NCBI RefSeq assembly: GCF_006345805.1 | Contig: NC_043013.1 | Span: forward strand, 11,780,001-11,844,000 | Direction: 5' to 3' | Length of the DNA: 64,000 nucleotides | DNA from: Octopus sinensis | Taxonomy: Eukaryota | Part shown: one piece after another, positions 1 to 12,117 of the stretch | Layout of the letters: the number at the start of each line of letters is the position of its first letter | Position numbering within the stretch: position 1 is the first letter of the stretch | Program-made: the position numbers and the translations under genes | The notes under the pieces: model-generated | Seen by the model: the letters and a program-made list of their open reading frames with translations, nothing else | What the model was told of the DNA's origin: nothing | The model's database searches: none

Positions 1-170
1 ATGCTTAGCGGCATTTCGCCCGTCGCTACGTTCTGAGTTCAAATCACGCCGATGTCGACATTGCCTTGCATCCATTCTAGGCCGATAAAATAAGTACCAG
101 CTGAACTCTGGGTGACGCAAACCGCTTACTCCTCCCCCAAAATCACTAGCTTCGTACCAAAATTTGAGAT
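1..170 (+). mobile_element. SINE family A copy (5' clipped by window edge)
   Basis: Matches the family A body seen at 16015-16242 and 63761-63980 (atgcttagcgg...gttctgagttcaaat B-box...taagtaccag). Confidence 0.8.
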
Positions 171-828
171 CATTGTTAACACGTAAGATAACAAAAATGA
201 TATGCTGTAGCTCTGTCTGCTTCGACGATGACTATTCCTGTCGTTACTTCAGCTAAACTCCCTCTTCACGGAATATGTGTATGAATGACTAACTTGTTAC
301 AAACATTTGTGTCTTTAATGTTATTTTCATGTAAAATCAACGAGACTCGGTATATGAAGAGGCTGGATTTTCAGTTTCATGTACAGTTGTCTCGAGATGC
401 CTTTGCAATACCATTCTATCAAATTTCAAGATTTGGGTCGAGTAAACACGAAGTTAGAAGACGTTTAAACGAGATTTCTAAACTAAAATTATAGGAAGCT
501 ATAACGTTTGGCCATGCTAGATTCAGTACTATGAATATGCTTATATATTAGGCATTTACGTAGTAGAACTCACACACATACACACACGCAGTCAGACACA
601 CACACACACGTGTATGTAAATACGATAATTCATTTTGTTACTAATGGAGTTTCTCGTTAAGTATTCTTTTTCCAGACCACATAATATTTGTAAGATATAT
701 ATACAGCACGTATAGAAAAACTCTGAGTGACGAAAGAGAGAATAATCGCCGTCGAAGGAATTAAGCGTGCTATATAATATACATACATGTATGCACACAT
801 GCCTCCATAAATATATAATCATATATAT

Positions 829-875
<47 letters not shown>

Positions 876-902
876 TTGTGGATCAAACGCAATATTACCC
901 GA

Positions 903-948
<46 letters not shown>

Positions 949-949
<1 letters not shown>

Positions 950-1230
950 TCACGTGATCACCGTGACCGACCAGACCATCAGATGTTGTTACACATCGCT
1001 GGTCCCAATGCGTTCGCATTGTTTTAGCCTTCGAGTGACGCCACCCCGCTGGCTAAGCGAGCAGGCAAACAGAGAAAGAGTGGTGGAAGAGTACAGCAGG
1101 GATCACCACCCCCTGCCAGAGCGTCGTGGAGCTTTTAGGTGTTTTTGCTCAATAAACACTCACAAGGCCCGGTCTGGGAATCGAAACCGCGATCCTACGA
1201 CCGCGAGTCCGCTGCCCTAACCCTAACCAC
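949..1230 (-). mobile_element. SINE family C, tail type C1
   Basis: Reverse complement gives a tRNA-like head (tggttaggg...gtttcgattccc) and a tail ending ggtctggtcggtcacg(g)tgatcacgtgat; same family as 9553-9855. Confidence 0.9.
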
Positions 1231-1271
1231 AACACACACACACACACACACACACCATATATATACATATA

Positions 1272-2155
1272 TGTTGTATTTTTCTACATACCTTAACATA
1301 TATTCAGGCGCCACGTACCCTCTTAACATTAATGTGAGCACATATTCTTAATAACTGGTACGACTCTTTGTTTGTCTCTCTCTCTCTCTCTCTCTTTTAC
1401 TTGATCTGTCCCCTTCTCTCTCTAACTCATCTCTTTTTCTCTTCTCTTTCCTCTGATTCTTTGGTCTAATCTTCCACTACCCTCCTAATTCTTTGTCTCG
1501 CTCTGCACTCACAGGTCAACCTTCGACACCCATCCTTCTCCTCTCTGATCCTTCTTCTCTCTCTCTTCTCTCTCTTTGTTGGCGTTTGTCCCTCCTCTCT
1601 CTCTCTCTCCTCTCTCTCTCTCTTCTCTCCGCTGCTTCTCTTCTTTTCTTTCTCTCTCCTCTGTCACGTGACTACTGCTGGCCGAAATCTGCCTTTCAGC
1701 TTCTGACCAGCGTCGTGTTACATCGTTGTTTTTCGTCCGCCGCTATAGGCATCGCCGATAAGGCTCCTTTCCTTGCGCCAGAGAAAAAATGTTTGCTTGT
1801 TATCAGTCGTAGACACTTGTTGTTGTTTTCACACCGTTAATGCTTCTGTATTTCATGTTTCTGTATTCCATTATTTTTTTGTTTTTTATATTCGTCCCTT
1901 TTGCTGTCCTGGTTCCGTATGCATTCGATCCTTCTTCCAGGAAATCTACGCTCCCAGCTTAGTTTTTCTAATGCTCGTTGCTTAGTTTTTCTTGAGGGCT
2001 GGCCGTGATCTAGTAATCTCAAGATTAATCAGCCGAAATTACTACGATGATCCGGTTCTTGACTGAAGACTGAGGGTTTCGAATGTCCTGTCCGTGTTTA
2101 TTGTATCGTCTTCTAAGAGTTATACGTCTTGTCCATTTGTATTTTTCTACATACC

Positions 2156-2159
<4 letters not shown>
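1272..2159. mobile_element. ~885-bp non-autonomous element with ~25-bp terminal direct repeats (possibly Penelope-like)
   Basis: Starts and ends with (tg)ttgtatttttctacataccttaa, lies in TA/CA microsatellite and is non-coding. A diverged inverted relative lies at ~13150-13330. The Penelope assignment is inference. Confidence 0.5.
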
Positions 2160-2251
<92 letters not shown>

Positions 2252-2277
2252 TTGTGGATCAAACGCAATATACCCGA

Positions 2278-2307
<30 letters not shown>

Positions 2308-2315
<8 letters not shown>

Positions 2316-2583
2316 ATCACGTGACCGACCAGACCATCAGATGTTGTTACACATCGCTGGTCCCAATGCTCGCATTGTTTTAGCCTTCGAGTGACGCCAC
2401 ACCGCTGGCTAAGCGAGCAGGCAAACAGAAGAAAGAGTGGTGGAAGAGTACAGCAGGGATCACCACCCCCTGCCAGAGCGTCGTGGAGCTTTTAGGTGCT
2501 TTTGCTCAATAAACACTCACAAGGCCCGGTCTGGGAATCGAAACCGCGATCCTACGACCGCGAGTCCGCTGCCCTAACCCTAA

Positions 2584-2587
<4 letters not shown>
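2308..2587 (-). mobile_element. SINE family C1 (duplicate of 949-1230)
   Basis: Same sequence, within duplication unit 2. Confidence 0.9.
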
Positions 2588-2622
<35 letters not shown>

Positions 2623-2628
2623 CATATA

Positions 2629-3512
2629 TGTTGTATTTTTCTACATACCTTAACATATATTCCAGGCGCCACGTACCCTCTTAACATTAATGTGAGCACA
2701 TATTCTTAATAACTGGTACGACTCTTTGTTGTCTCTCTCTCTCTCTCTCCTCTCTTTTACTTGATCTGTCCCCTCTCTCTCTACTCATCTCTTTTTCTCT
2801 TCTCTTTCCTCTGATTCTTTGGTCTAATCTTCCACTACCCTCCTAATTCTTTGTCTCGCTCTGCACTCACAGGTCAACCTTCGACACCCATCCTTCTCCT
2901 CTCTGATTCCTTCTTCTCTCTCTTCTCTCTCTTTGTTGCGTTTGTCCCTCCTCTCTCTCTCTCCTCTCTCTCTCTCTTCCGCTGCTTCTCTTTCTTTTCT
3001 TTCTCTCTCCTCTGTCACGTGACTGCTGGCCGAAATCTGCCTTTCAGCTTCTGACCAGCGTCGTATTAACATCGTTGTTTTTCGTCCGCCGCTATAGGCA
3101 TCGCCGATAAGGCTCCTTTCCTTGCGCCAGAGAAAAAATTGTTTGCTTGTTATCAGTCGTAAGACACTTGTTGTTGTTTTCACCGTTAATGCTTCTGTAT
3201 TTCATGTTTCTGTATTCCATTATTTTTTGTGTTTTTTATATTCGTCCCTTTTGCTGTCCTGGTGTCCGTATGCATTCGATCCTTCTTCCAGGAAATCTAC
3301 GCTCCCAGCTTAGTTTTTCTAATGCTCGTTGCTTAGTTTTTCTTGGAGGGCTGGCCGTGATCTAGTAATCTCAAGATTAATCAGCCGAAATTACTACGAT
3401 GATCCGGTTCTTGACTGAAGACTGAGGGTTTCGAATGTCCTGTCCGTGTTTATTGTATCGTCTTCTAAGAGTTATACGTTCTTGTCCATGTTGTATTTTT
3501 CTACATACCTTA

Positions 3513-3513
<1 letters not shown>
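2629..3513. mobile_element. Second copy of the 885-bp terminal-direct-repeat element
   Basis: Terminal repeats at 2629-2653 and 3489-3513. Confidence 0.5.
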
Positions 3514-3549
<36 letters not shown>

Positions 3550-3606
3550 ATATATATATAATATATATATATATATATAGTATATATATATATATAATAT
3601 ATAGAA

Positions 3607-3637
<31 letters not shown>

Positions 3638-3728
3638 CTATATATCTATAGTAATACAACTAGTGAAAATAAGTGCCACCTCAAGTTGCACAGTGTTATT
3701 TGTCAGAAATATATATATAATATATATA

Positions 3729-3768
<40 letters not shown>

Positions 3769-3829
3769 TATATATATAAAGAGAGAGGGAGAGAGAGAGA
3801 GAGAGAGCAAGATTCTTATCAATTCGCAT

Positions 3830-3890
3830 TCTTCTGCTTCTAATCAGCTGAGATGGACTGCTCATGTAATACGGATGAGCGTATCCATAA
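3830..3890 (+). mobile_element. Short RTE-like LINE fragment
   Basis: Translates to QLRWTAHVIRM, resembling the QLRWAGHVxRM motif C-terminal to the RT of RTE-type LINEs. Confidence 0.45.
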
Positions 3891-4293
3891 ACAAGTATTT
3901 TTTTTATATTGTGTGCTTCTACTAGAAAGTGAAAACTGAGCAAACCAAAATAACAGTAAAAAAGGTGTTAAAAACCAGCCTTGGGTGTGAGGGTGAAAAT
4001 ACCGTACGAAGAAGTTGAATCTATTGATGTTAATATTGGCGAAAACACATCTGGTCTGGGTAGAAGATTTAGAGGAAAACAAAAGTATACAATAATACAA
4101 TGGAAACGACTAGAAAATAACAGTTTCTGAAATTCAAAGTTAGCAACATCGTCCGGTTGTCTGCCTTTCTGAGGTTAGTTTAACTTCATACATCAGGACT
4201 CGTCGTACAGTTGGTCCAACTGACATAAAGTTAATTCCAGCAGACATGCTCATAAGCCATATTTGTAGCAAGACACAAATATGTATTTATTTC

Positions 4294-4578
4294 GTGGAGG
4301 CACATGGTCTAGTGGTTAGAGCAGAGGACTCGAGGTCGAGGGATCGCGATGTGTGTGTGTTTATGACCGAAACACCTAAGCTCCACGCGGCTCCGGCAGA
4401 ATGTAATTGCGAACTTCTGACCCTTTCATCACAAATTTCTCTCACTCTTTTTTCCAACATCTAGCAGCTCAACTGCGACACACCGGCGTCCCGTCCAGGT
4501 GGGGAACCCATACACCAATGAAACTTGAAACTGGCCCTTACGAGCCAGGCATGGCTCGAGAAGGAACAAACAACAACA
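4294..4578 (+). mobile_element. SINE family C, tail type C2
   Basis: Head gtggaggcacatggtctagtggttagagc; tail gagccaggcatggctcgagaaggaacaaacaacaac; matches 29585-29850 and 33697-34000. Confidence 0.9.
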
Positions 4579-5160
4579 TATATATTTCAAAATAGTAACA
4601 GCTTCCATTTCTATGTTTAAACAGACATTTAAAGTAAAATATAGCATTCCTTCAGGTTTAAGGGATGATGTAGAGACACACGATGTGTACTGTGAAACAG
4701 AATGGAACTGTTAGGCGGCGCGGATATTTTGATGGTGGCGATTTGATACAGCTTACTGTACATGCTTTGGAAGCTGTACATCTTGGCCCTGGAGGTGAAT
4801 GCATACACGCGCGTGCACATTCATTTACACATATAAACACTGACATACACACATATGTGTAGAGAAAGAAATATAGACATACAGCGAGGATGAGTGATAG
4901 AAGGAAACAAGTGAGGAAGATAGAGGAAAAGAAAACCAGAAAGATGGAAAAGAGCGGAGAAGAGAGAGAGAGAGTGTGTGTGTGAAAGAGAGACATTTCA
5001 CATTCATAAAAACTTTGCTAGGTGCTTGCAAACATAAACATAGAAAGAGGGATGGAAGAGAACGAGAGAAACATTGAAACATCTGTCAAAGAAGTCAGCG
5101 CCGAAGCAGCGATGCCAGACGTGCGACACCAAAATGACTGGGCCTAAAGGTCTTATACAC

Positions 5161-5287
5161 CTGAGTAATTCTTTCTTGAGTGAATAAAATTTATTAAGGA
5201 TAGTCAATGGAGTTTCAGATATTGCTCGGTGATCTTCCATATTATGAGCTTTCTCTCTCTTCGTGATAGCTCTTGGCTGAACCCTTT
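5161..5287 (-). CDS. Candidate internal exon (unknown protein)
   Basis: Acceptor tttgtttacacttctgttccag|AA and weak donor CAG|gtgtat. Reads xRVQPRAITKREKAHNMEDHRAISETPLTILNKFYSLKKELLR, within a stop-free frame ~5004-5350. No family recognised. Confidence 0.2.
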
Positions 5288-5359
5288 CTGGAACAGAAGT
5301 GTAAACAAATTCCCAGCAATAGCGCGCTTCAGTTAATGTTTCACCGCCATATCAAAGTA

Positions 5360-6095
5360 TCAGGTCATCTCATAAGTTCTGTCCGAATTTTGAATAAAGA
5401 AAACAAGTGATCAAATGTTTTATTTAATTGAAATTTCATCATCAATGTACTTTCCCTGATAATCTATGACATTCTTCCATCTATTTACAAGCTTTTTAAT
5501 CCCATCAATGTAAAACTCTTTTGGTTTCAAAGCGAAGAACTCTGAAATGTCAGTTTCGACCTCCTCCTGGCTGGCGAATGTTATGTCCCCCAAATCATTC
5601 TGTAAACTACGAAACAAAAGGTAGTCTGAAGGAGCAAGGTCGGGAAAATAAAGTAGATGAGGAATTTTTTCCCAACAAAGGTCTTCGTTCTTCTGCGATG
5701 TGATCTTTGCAGTGTTGGGTGGCGCATTGTCCTGACGAAACATCACTCATTTTCGATTCACTAAAGCGGGTCTTTTTTCCTTCAAAGCTTGGTTCAAACG
5801 CTCTAATTGCTGACAGTAGACTTGAACATTCATTGTTGCATTAGGTGGTATCAATTCAAAGTGAATTGCTCCTTTGCAATCCTACCAGATAGAGAGAAGA
5901 ACCGTTCCAGATAGAGAGAAGTTCCCTTCTCGGTTGTGGTTGAGCTTTTTCTCTTTTACCAAGCCAGTTTACGACGTTTAACATTTCGATGGCAGATTCA
6001 TTTTTCGTCACCAGTCACAAGTCTATCGAGAATGGAGAGAAGAGCAGATGTCCACTCGGTTGCTTTTGGACAATTCTGTCTTCTCCCATCCTTAT
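5360..6095 (-). mobile_element. Mariner (DD34D) remnant: 3' half with right TIR, pseudogenised transposase
   Basis: LDRLVTGDEK*I, DCKGAIHFEL, QDNAPP and YFPDLAPSDYLLF motifs, with internal stops and a 15-bp duplication near 5890-5920. TA at 5358-5359 is followed by TIR-like tcaggtcatctcataagttctgtccg. Confidence 0.92.
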
Positions 6096-6195
6096 CATCT
6101 TCGTATCATTATCATTCAATTCATTAATATCTCGTCCAGCCCGCAAAGCTACCCAATCTGTGTATTGTCTTTATGACAAATTTGATGAAAGAAAG

Positions 6196-7090
6196 TAGGT
6201 AGGCTGGTTGGTATGTAGGAAGGTAGGTAGGTAAGCAGGTAGGTAGGTAGGTAGGTAGGTAGGTAGGTAGGTAGGTAGGTAGGTAGGTAAGTAGATTGGT
6301 AGGTAGGATGGTTGGTATGTAGGTAGGTAGGTAGGTAGGTAGGTAGGTAGGTAGGTAGGTAGGTAGGTAGGCGGGTAGGTAGGCAGGTAGGTAGGTAGGT
6401 AGGTAGGTAGGTAGGTAGGTACGTAGGTACGTAGGTAGGTACGTAGGTAGGTAGGTAGGTAGGTACGTAGGTAGGTACGTAGGTAGGTAGGTACGTACGT
6501 AGGTAGGTAAGTAGATTGGTAGGTAGGTAGGTAGGTAGGTAGGTTAATAGGTAGGTAGGTAGGTAGGTAGGTAGGTAAGTAGACAGGTTGGTAGGAAGGT
6601 TGGTAGGTAGGTAGGTAGGTAGGTAGGTAGGTAGGTAGGTTAATAGGTAGGTCGGTATGTAGGTGGGTTGGTAGGTAGGTAGGTAGGTAGGTAGGTATGT
6701 ATGTATGTAGGTAGATAGGTAGGTAGGTAGATTGGTAGGTAGGAAGGTAGGTAGGTAGGTTGGTAGGTACGTAGGTACGTAGGTAGGTACGTAGGTAGGT
6801 ACGTAGGTAGGTAAGTAGATTGGTAGGTAGGTAGGTAGGTAGGTAGGTTAATAGGTAGGTAGGTAGGTACGTAGGTAGGTAAGTAGACAGGTTGGTAGGA
6901 AGGTTGGTAGGTAGGTAGGTAGGTAGGTAGGTAGGTAGGTTAATAGGTAGGTAGGTAGGTACGTAGGTACGTAGGTAAGTAGGTAGGTAGGTAGGTAGGT
7001 AGGTAGGTATGTAGGTGGGTAGGTAGGTAGGTAGGTAGGTAGGTAGGTATGTAGGTAGGTAGGTAGGTAGGTAGGTAGGCAGGCAGGCAG
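6196..7090. repeat. ~900-bp (GGTA)n satellite with higher-order duplication
   Basis: Visible directly. A variant block (gtagattggt...ttaatagg...agacaggttggtaggaagg) recurs at ~6500-6650 and ~6805-6950. Confidence 0.95.
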
Positions 7091-7902
7091 GTATGCTTAT
7101 AAGAATTATTTACAAGGGCGCAAAGCAATGTATGTATAACTTTTGCAAGAGCTCGCAGACAGGTGAGAGTTTCTATTGATGAACGAGGCTTATGTTGAAT
7201 AGTATTGGTTTGGTGCCAAGTGCATAATCATAGGAGATGGAGTATCTGACAGAGACAATGATGGTTGAGGGTGGCCGAGAGATCGATAGAAACGTTTAGT
7301 GATACATCTAGGAGATGCAACACTGGTTGGAAGTAGAAAAGAGATATTTGTGGATGAGATTGTGCAATGGAATTGAGTGTTGGTGACTAGTTTAAAATAG
7401 AAAAAGAGAAGAGAAGAGGCTGGGAGACAGCATTGAAAATGTTGCTAGTTCAATGCAAAAAGAATTCTTGTGTACACAAACCGAATCGATCGGTCATCGA
7501 TGTATCAAAAGTGGCCAAATCTATTTATTCGTTCTAAAGAAGCCGACAAGTCACATAGCATTACAGTGTCACTGACTAGTGACATTAATGATAGTTCCAC
7601 CATGTCATCGAATTATATAAAAGAATCCAAAAACAAACTCGTGATCATAATTAAAGCAAAAATCAAATAAACGATGGTAAAGTTGTCTGAGATGTTAGAT
7701 TGGTAAGGAAAGGTTGTCTATTAAAGGATGAATAAATATAATTCATGTGGAAGTCACAAGCTATTTAACGAATGTATGCATGACATCGATATGAAACAAC
7801 AAAGGTTTGAAATTTTCGAAAAGAACGTCGAAGAAATTAAAGAATGTAGTTAACTTGGTAATAATTTTAATCATTATCGTCGTCGTCGTCGTCGTCGTCG
7901 TC

Positions 7903-7969
<67 letters not shown>

Positions 7970-8120
7970 ATAATAACTGAATTTTTTTAGAAATTTCTGT
8001 CGGCTTACTTCGAGACACGTGCTTATAGTGATAAATTATATGGCTATCGACGATTTGTCTATTTTCGGCATATTTAGCATTAGAATTTTTTTTCTTTTGC
8101 CCTCGTTTATAAGTTGTGTG

Positions 8121-8159
<39 letters not shown>

Positions 8160-8229
8160 ATGTATATATGTATGTATGAATGTATGTAAATGTTTCTGTG
8201 TGTATATATAAGTGTGTGTGGTTTTGTGT

Positions 8230-8435
8230 TGGTGCTCGTCTCACAACACCGCTAACAATCGGTGTTGGTTTGCTTACGTCTCTGTAACCTAGAGTTTCAG
8301 CAAAAGGTGACCGGCCGAATAAGTACGAGACTTAAGAAAATAACTACTAGAGTAGATTTGTTCGACTAAGCCGTTCAAAGCGGTGCTCCAGCATGGCTTC
8401 AGTCTAATTACTGAATGAAGTAAGTACAAATGATG
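8230..8435 (+). mobile_element. SINE family B 3' part, diverged
   Basis: Similar to the family B tail (aataagtac...gatttgttcgactaa...gcggtgctccagcatggc). Confidence 0.75.
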
Positions 8436-8746
8436 TGTGGTGGCGTAGGGAGAGTGAGTGTGGAGGTAGAAGGTGACATGTACTCAAAATTCGGCATTGT
8501 GACACTAATTATGCAGTTGATAATTTGCATAGCGGGAATAATGAGTATTTGAAAATAGTCATTGCATAATTTGCCGAGCACCGATGGGGCATCTTAACAG
8601 GATCATATAATGTGTCAAATTTAATTAAGCAACGGTGACAAAGATTTGCCGAAACGCGTGTCTGAATTATAAAGCATGAAAAAATTTTTCTGCGTTTTAT
8701 TAATACTATATGATTGTGCGTACGAATGTATGTGTGTGTGTGTGTG

Positions 8747-8788
<42 letters not shown>

Positions 8789-9552
8789 TAGAGACAGAGA
8801 GAGAGAGAGATTTGCCCCATAAAATGTTCTCAAATGAATAAGTGAAGACTGCTTCCTCTCAATGTAGCAGTTCTGTGCCTACATGTTTCTAGGTCCGTAG
8901 CCTGCATGAGAAAATCGCAGCCATGTAGGATAACATTACGTATTCAGAACAACCCTGACACATTAATGTTATATTCTTTTCTAGCCTGATCACAAGAACC
9001 GAAATTTTTAGGGAGGGTGCCAATCGATTAGATCGACACATCTACGCAACTGGTACTTAATTTATCGACCCCAAAAGTGGGAAAGGCAAACTCAACCAAG
9101 AATTCACAACGACCTCGAACCTATTAGAGTAAACAAGAGAGACAGATACATGCAGAAACAAGGAAAATGCCAAATGTATTTGAACACTATACAAACATGC
9201 TTTTTAAAGAAAAAATTCTTTTAATTTTTGTAAATTTAATTGTTTTCCATACTTACAGATGAAAAAATCTCAATGACTGAAACCGCATGCATCTATGTAT
9301 GAATGCATGTAAACATGTAACTATCTATGCATGTATGTATGTATACATGTATACATGCATCTATGTATGAATGCATGTATACATTTACTTATGTATGCAT
9401 GTATGTATGTATACACATATGCATGCGTCTATGTATGTATGTAAGTATGTATATCTGTATGAATGCATGTATACATGTACGTATGTATGATTGTATGTAT
9501 ACATATGTATGTATGTATGTATGTATGTGTATGTGTATATGTATGTATGTGT

Positions 9553-9855
9553 GGAGGCGCAATGGCGCAGTGGTTAGGGTAGCGGACTCTCGGTTTCGAA
9601 ACTCTCGGTTTCGATTCCCAGACCGGGCGTTGTGTGTGTTTATTGAGCGAAAACACCTGAAAGCTCCTAGAGGCTCCGGCAGGGTGTAGTGATCCCTGCT
9701 GTACTCTTTCACCACTGTTTTTCCCACTCTTTCCTCTGTTAGCCTGCTCGCTTAGCCAGCGGGGTGGCGTCATTCAAAGGCTAAAACAATGCGAACGCAT
9801 TGTGACCAGCGATGTGTAACAACATCTGATAGTCGGATCGGTCACGTGACGTGAT
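9553..9855 (+). mobile_element. SINE family C1, full length
   Basis: A-box tggcgcagtggttagg, B-box gtttcgattccc (with a 14-bp local duplication), C1 tail. Confidence 0.9.
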
Positions 9856-10147
9856 ATGCATGTATGTATTTACTTAGGTATAAATAAAGTTGTCCGTGGT
9901 GAGGTTCATCACTCTGAAACGTCTTGAAATAGTTCATGACTATGATAGTTCTTTAAAATTTTCATGTCTGCGGTCTTTAGAATATAACTACATTCGATCC
10001 TACTTGTCCTGCCAACGTGTGTGCGTGTGAGAGACTGTGTGTGTGCGCGCACACGTATTTGTCTGCGTGTGTTTGTGCGTGTGCAAGTGCGTATGTACGT
10101 TTGTTGGTTATTTACACGTATATTGTGTGTGTATATATATATATATA

Positions 10148-10191
<44 letters not shown>

Positions 10192-10323
10192 CATGTATAT
10201 ATCTATATATTATAAATATATATAATACACACACACAAACAAACATATATACATATATATATATATATGCAAAAATACATAGAATATATTCATACGCAGC
10301 ATCTCATTCTTATATATATATCC

Positions 10324-10362
<39 letters not shown>

Positions 10363-10601
10363 ATATATTGTATTTATGTATGTATGTATAGTCAAGCACA
10401 GCTATATATATACTTATATGCATATACACAAAGTTAGCCTGCATTTGATATGCAAATTTTTTTTGTTTATTATGAAAGCATCCAATTTAGAAGTTATCTC
10501 TGAAAACACCTCCATCCACTTATCCCACGTCACACACACAACACACACACACACACACACACACAATCACATGCACGCTCATACTAACACACACTTACAC
10601 G

Positions 10602-10613
10602 TTTCCCGCCAAA
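10602..10613. promoter_or_regulatory. E2F consensus site TTTCCCGCCAAA
   Basis: Exact TTTSSCGC match. A second, palindromic TTTCGCGAAA lies at 10761-10770. Confidence 0.3.
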
Positions 10614-10638
10614 ACCTTCTCTTCTCGCCACGACTTAC

Positions 10639-10704
10639 CATCGTATAATCTTTGACTTATATTCTGGTAGATAGTATTTTCATTTTTCATTATCAATTCG
10701 ATTA
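10639..10704 (-). CDS. Candidate exon (possibly first coding exon)
   Basis: Strong donor ATG|gtaagt. One open frame reads xIELIMKNENTIYQNISQRLYDx (66 nt, phase 1-1 from tttacaag|, or starting at ATG AAA AAT). Confidence 0.2.
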
Positions 10705-11601
10705 CTTGTAAAGATCATACATCAAAGACACAATATGATAATATTACGAGAACCGGTTGATTTCGCGAAAAAAAAAACAAAAAAAAAACAAAGAAAAAGT
10801 AAATAAAAAACATAAACAAGTAAAAACCGCACAAATAAGAATAAATAAAAGAGACAGAAAAGTAAAATTAGAAAACTAATACAAAAATAAAAATAAAAAA
10901 TAGGAACCAAAATTTTGACTATATTCCTCTATGTGTATATATATATACATACACTCACACAAACACACAGGCTCACACATATGTATATATGTATGTGTGT
11001 AAATATATATATATATATACACGTAACACACATATTGATAGATAGCTAGAAAGATAGACAGATTTATACATGTAGATGTACATGTATAACGTATATAAGT
11101 ACATTTTTCTGTATATTTTCACGTATATACATGTGTATATACCTTATATATATATATATATATAATATATATATATGATATATATATAAGTATATATATT
11201 CTCACGCACACATTCCTACACAAACAGAGACAAACACAAAACCTTTTGTCTCTTACAAGTCTGATATGATCAATTTGTGGTATATATGTTTGTGAGTGTG
11301 TGATTACGTACATATATATGTATATATGTGTATACATACTCATACGTATATATATATACGTATAGAATATATCTCTAATCTATTATATGAAAGATTCTTT
11401 CGTATCTGTTATCTGTCTATCGAGTTAGCTTGCCTTGTGTGCGAATATCTATCTGCGTATGGGAATGCAAGGTTCTGTGTATGTAGTCATAAATGTGCTT
11501 GTGTATTTGAAACTTAATGTGTAAATTTAATTATGAGTTTATATTTATATATATGTATGTGTGAGTGCTTGAGTATATATGTATTATACACACACACAAT
11601 G

Positions 11602-11632
<31 letters not shown>

Positions 11633-11758
11633 ATACAAACATACACATATATGTATACACATGTATGCATGTATATATATATATAGACTCATACACACAT
11701 ATATGCATACGTACATATATGAAGGAAGAAATACAATTCGGCTTGTTTATAGTTCTAC

Positions 11759-11790
<32 letters not shown>

Positions 11791-12041
11791 ATCTATATAC
11801 GTATTTATATATAATATATTTGTATATATATACTCTCATATATCCTTGTGTTTACACACATACACAACTATATTCACACACACACACATGTATATATACA
11901 TATATTTATGGATGTAGGTATATATATATATATAATCGTATATATATGTATATACATCATTTTAGGGTTTTGTATTAATGATGATTTTAAATAACAACCA
12001 CAATAATAACAATTTCGACAACAGCACAAATACCAATAATT

Positions 12042-12117
<76 letters not shown>

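Larger units (their letters stand above)
815..3515. repeat. Tandem duplication of a ~1.35-kb composite unit: (TA)n + SINE-C + 885-bp element
   Basis: Unit 1 (~815-2160) and unit 2 (~2160-3515) are collinear and near-identical, and give duplicated ORFs in the track (MSRSALTGQP..., [10 protein letters not shown]...). Confidence 0.95.

Noticed and set aside
285-494. 69-aa ORF as a gene
   Set aside because: Short, no recognisable domain, no clear start or splice context.
1214-1228. ccctaaccctaacc as a telomeric (TTAGGG) seed
   Set aside because: It is a 6-bp duplication within the SINE-C A-box region.
2060-2095. CTGAAGA...CGAAT as a hammerhead in the 885-bp element
   Set aside because: Has GAAU rather than GAAA, and no convincing stem I or II.
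9553-9630. tRNA genes at the SINE heads
   Set aside because: A and B boxes are present but there is no complete cloverleaf, and each continues into a repeated SINE body.
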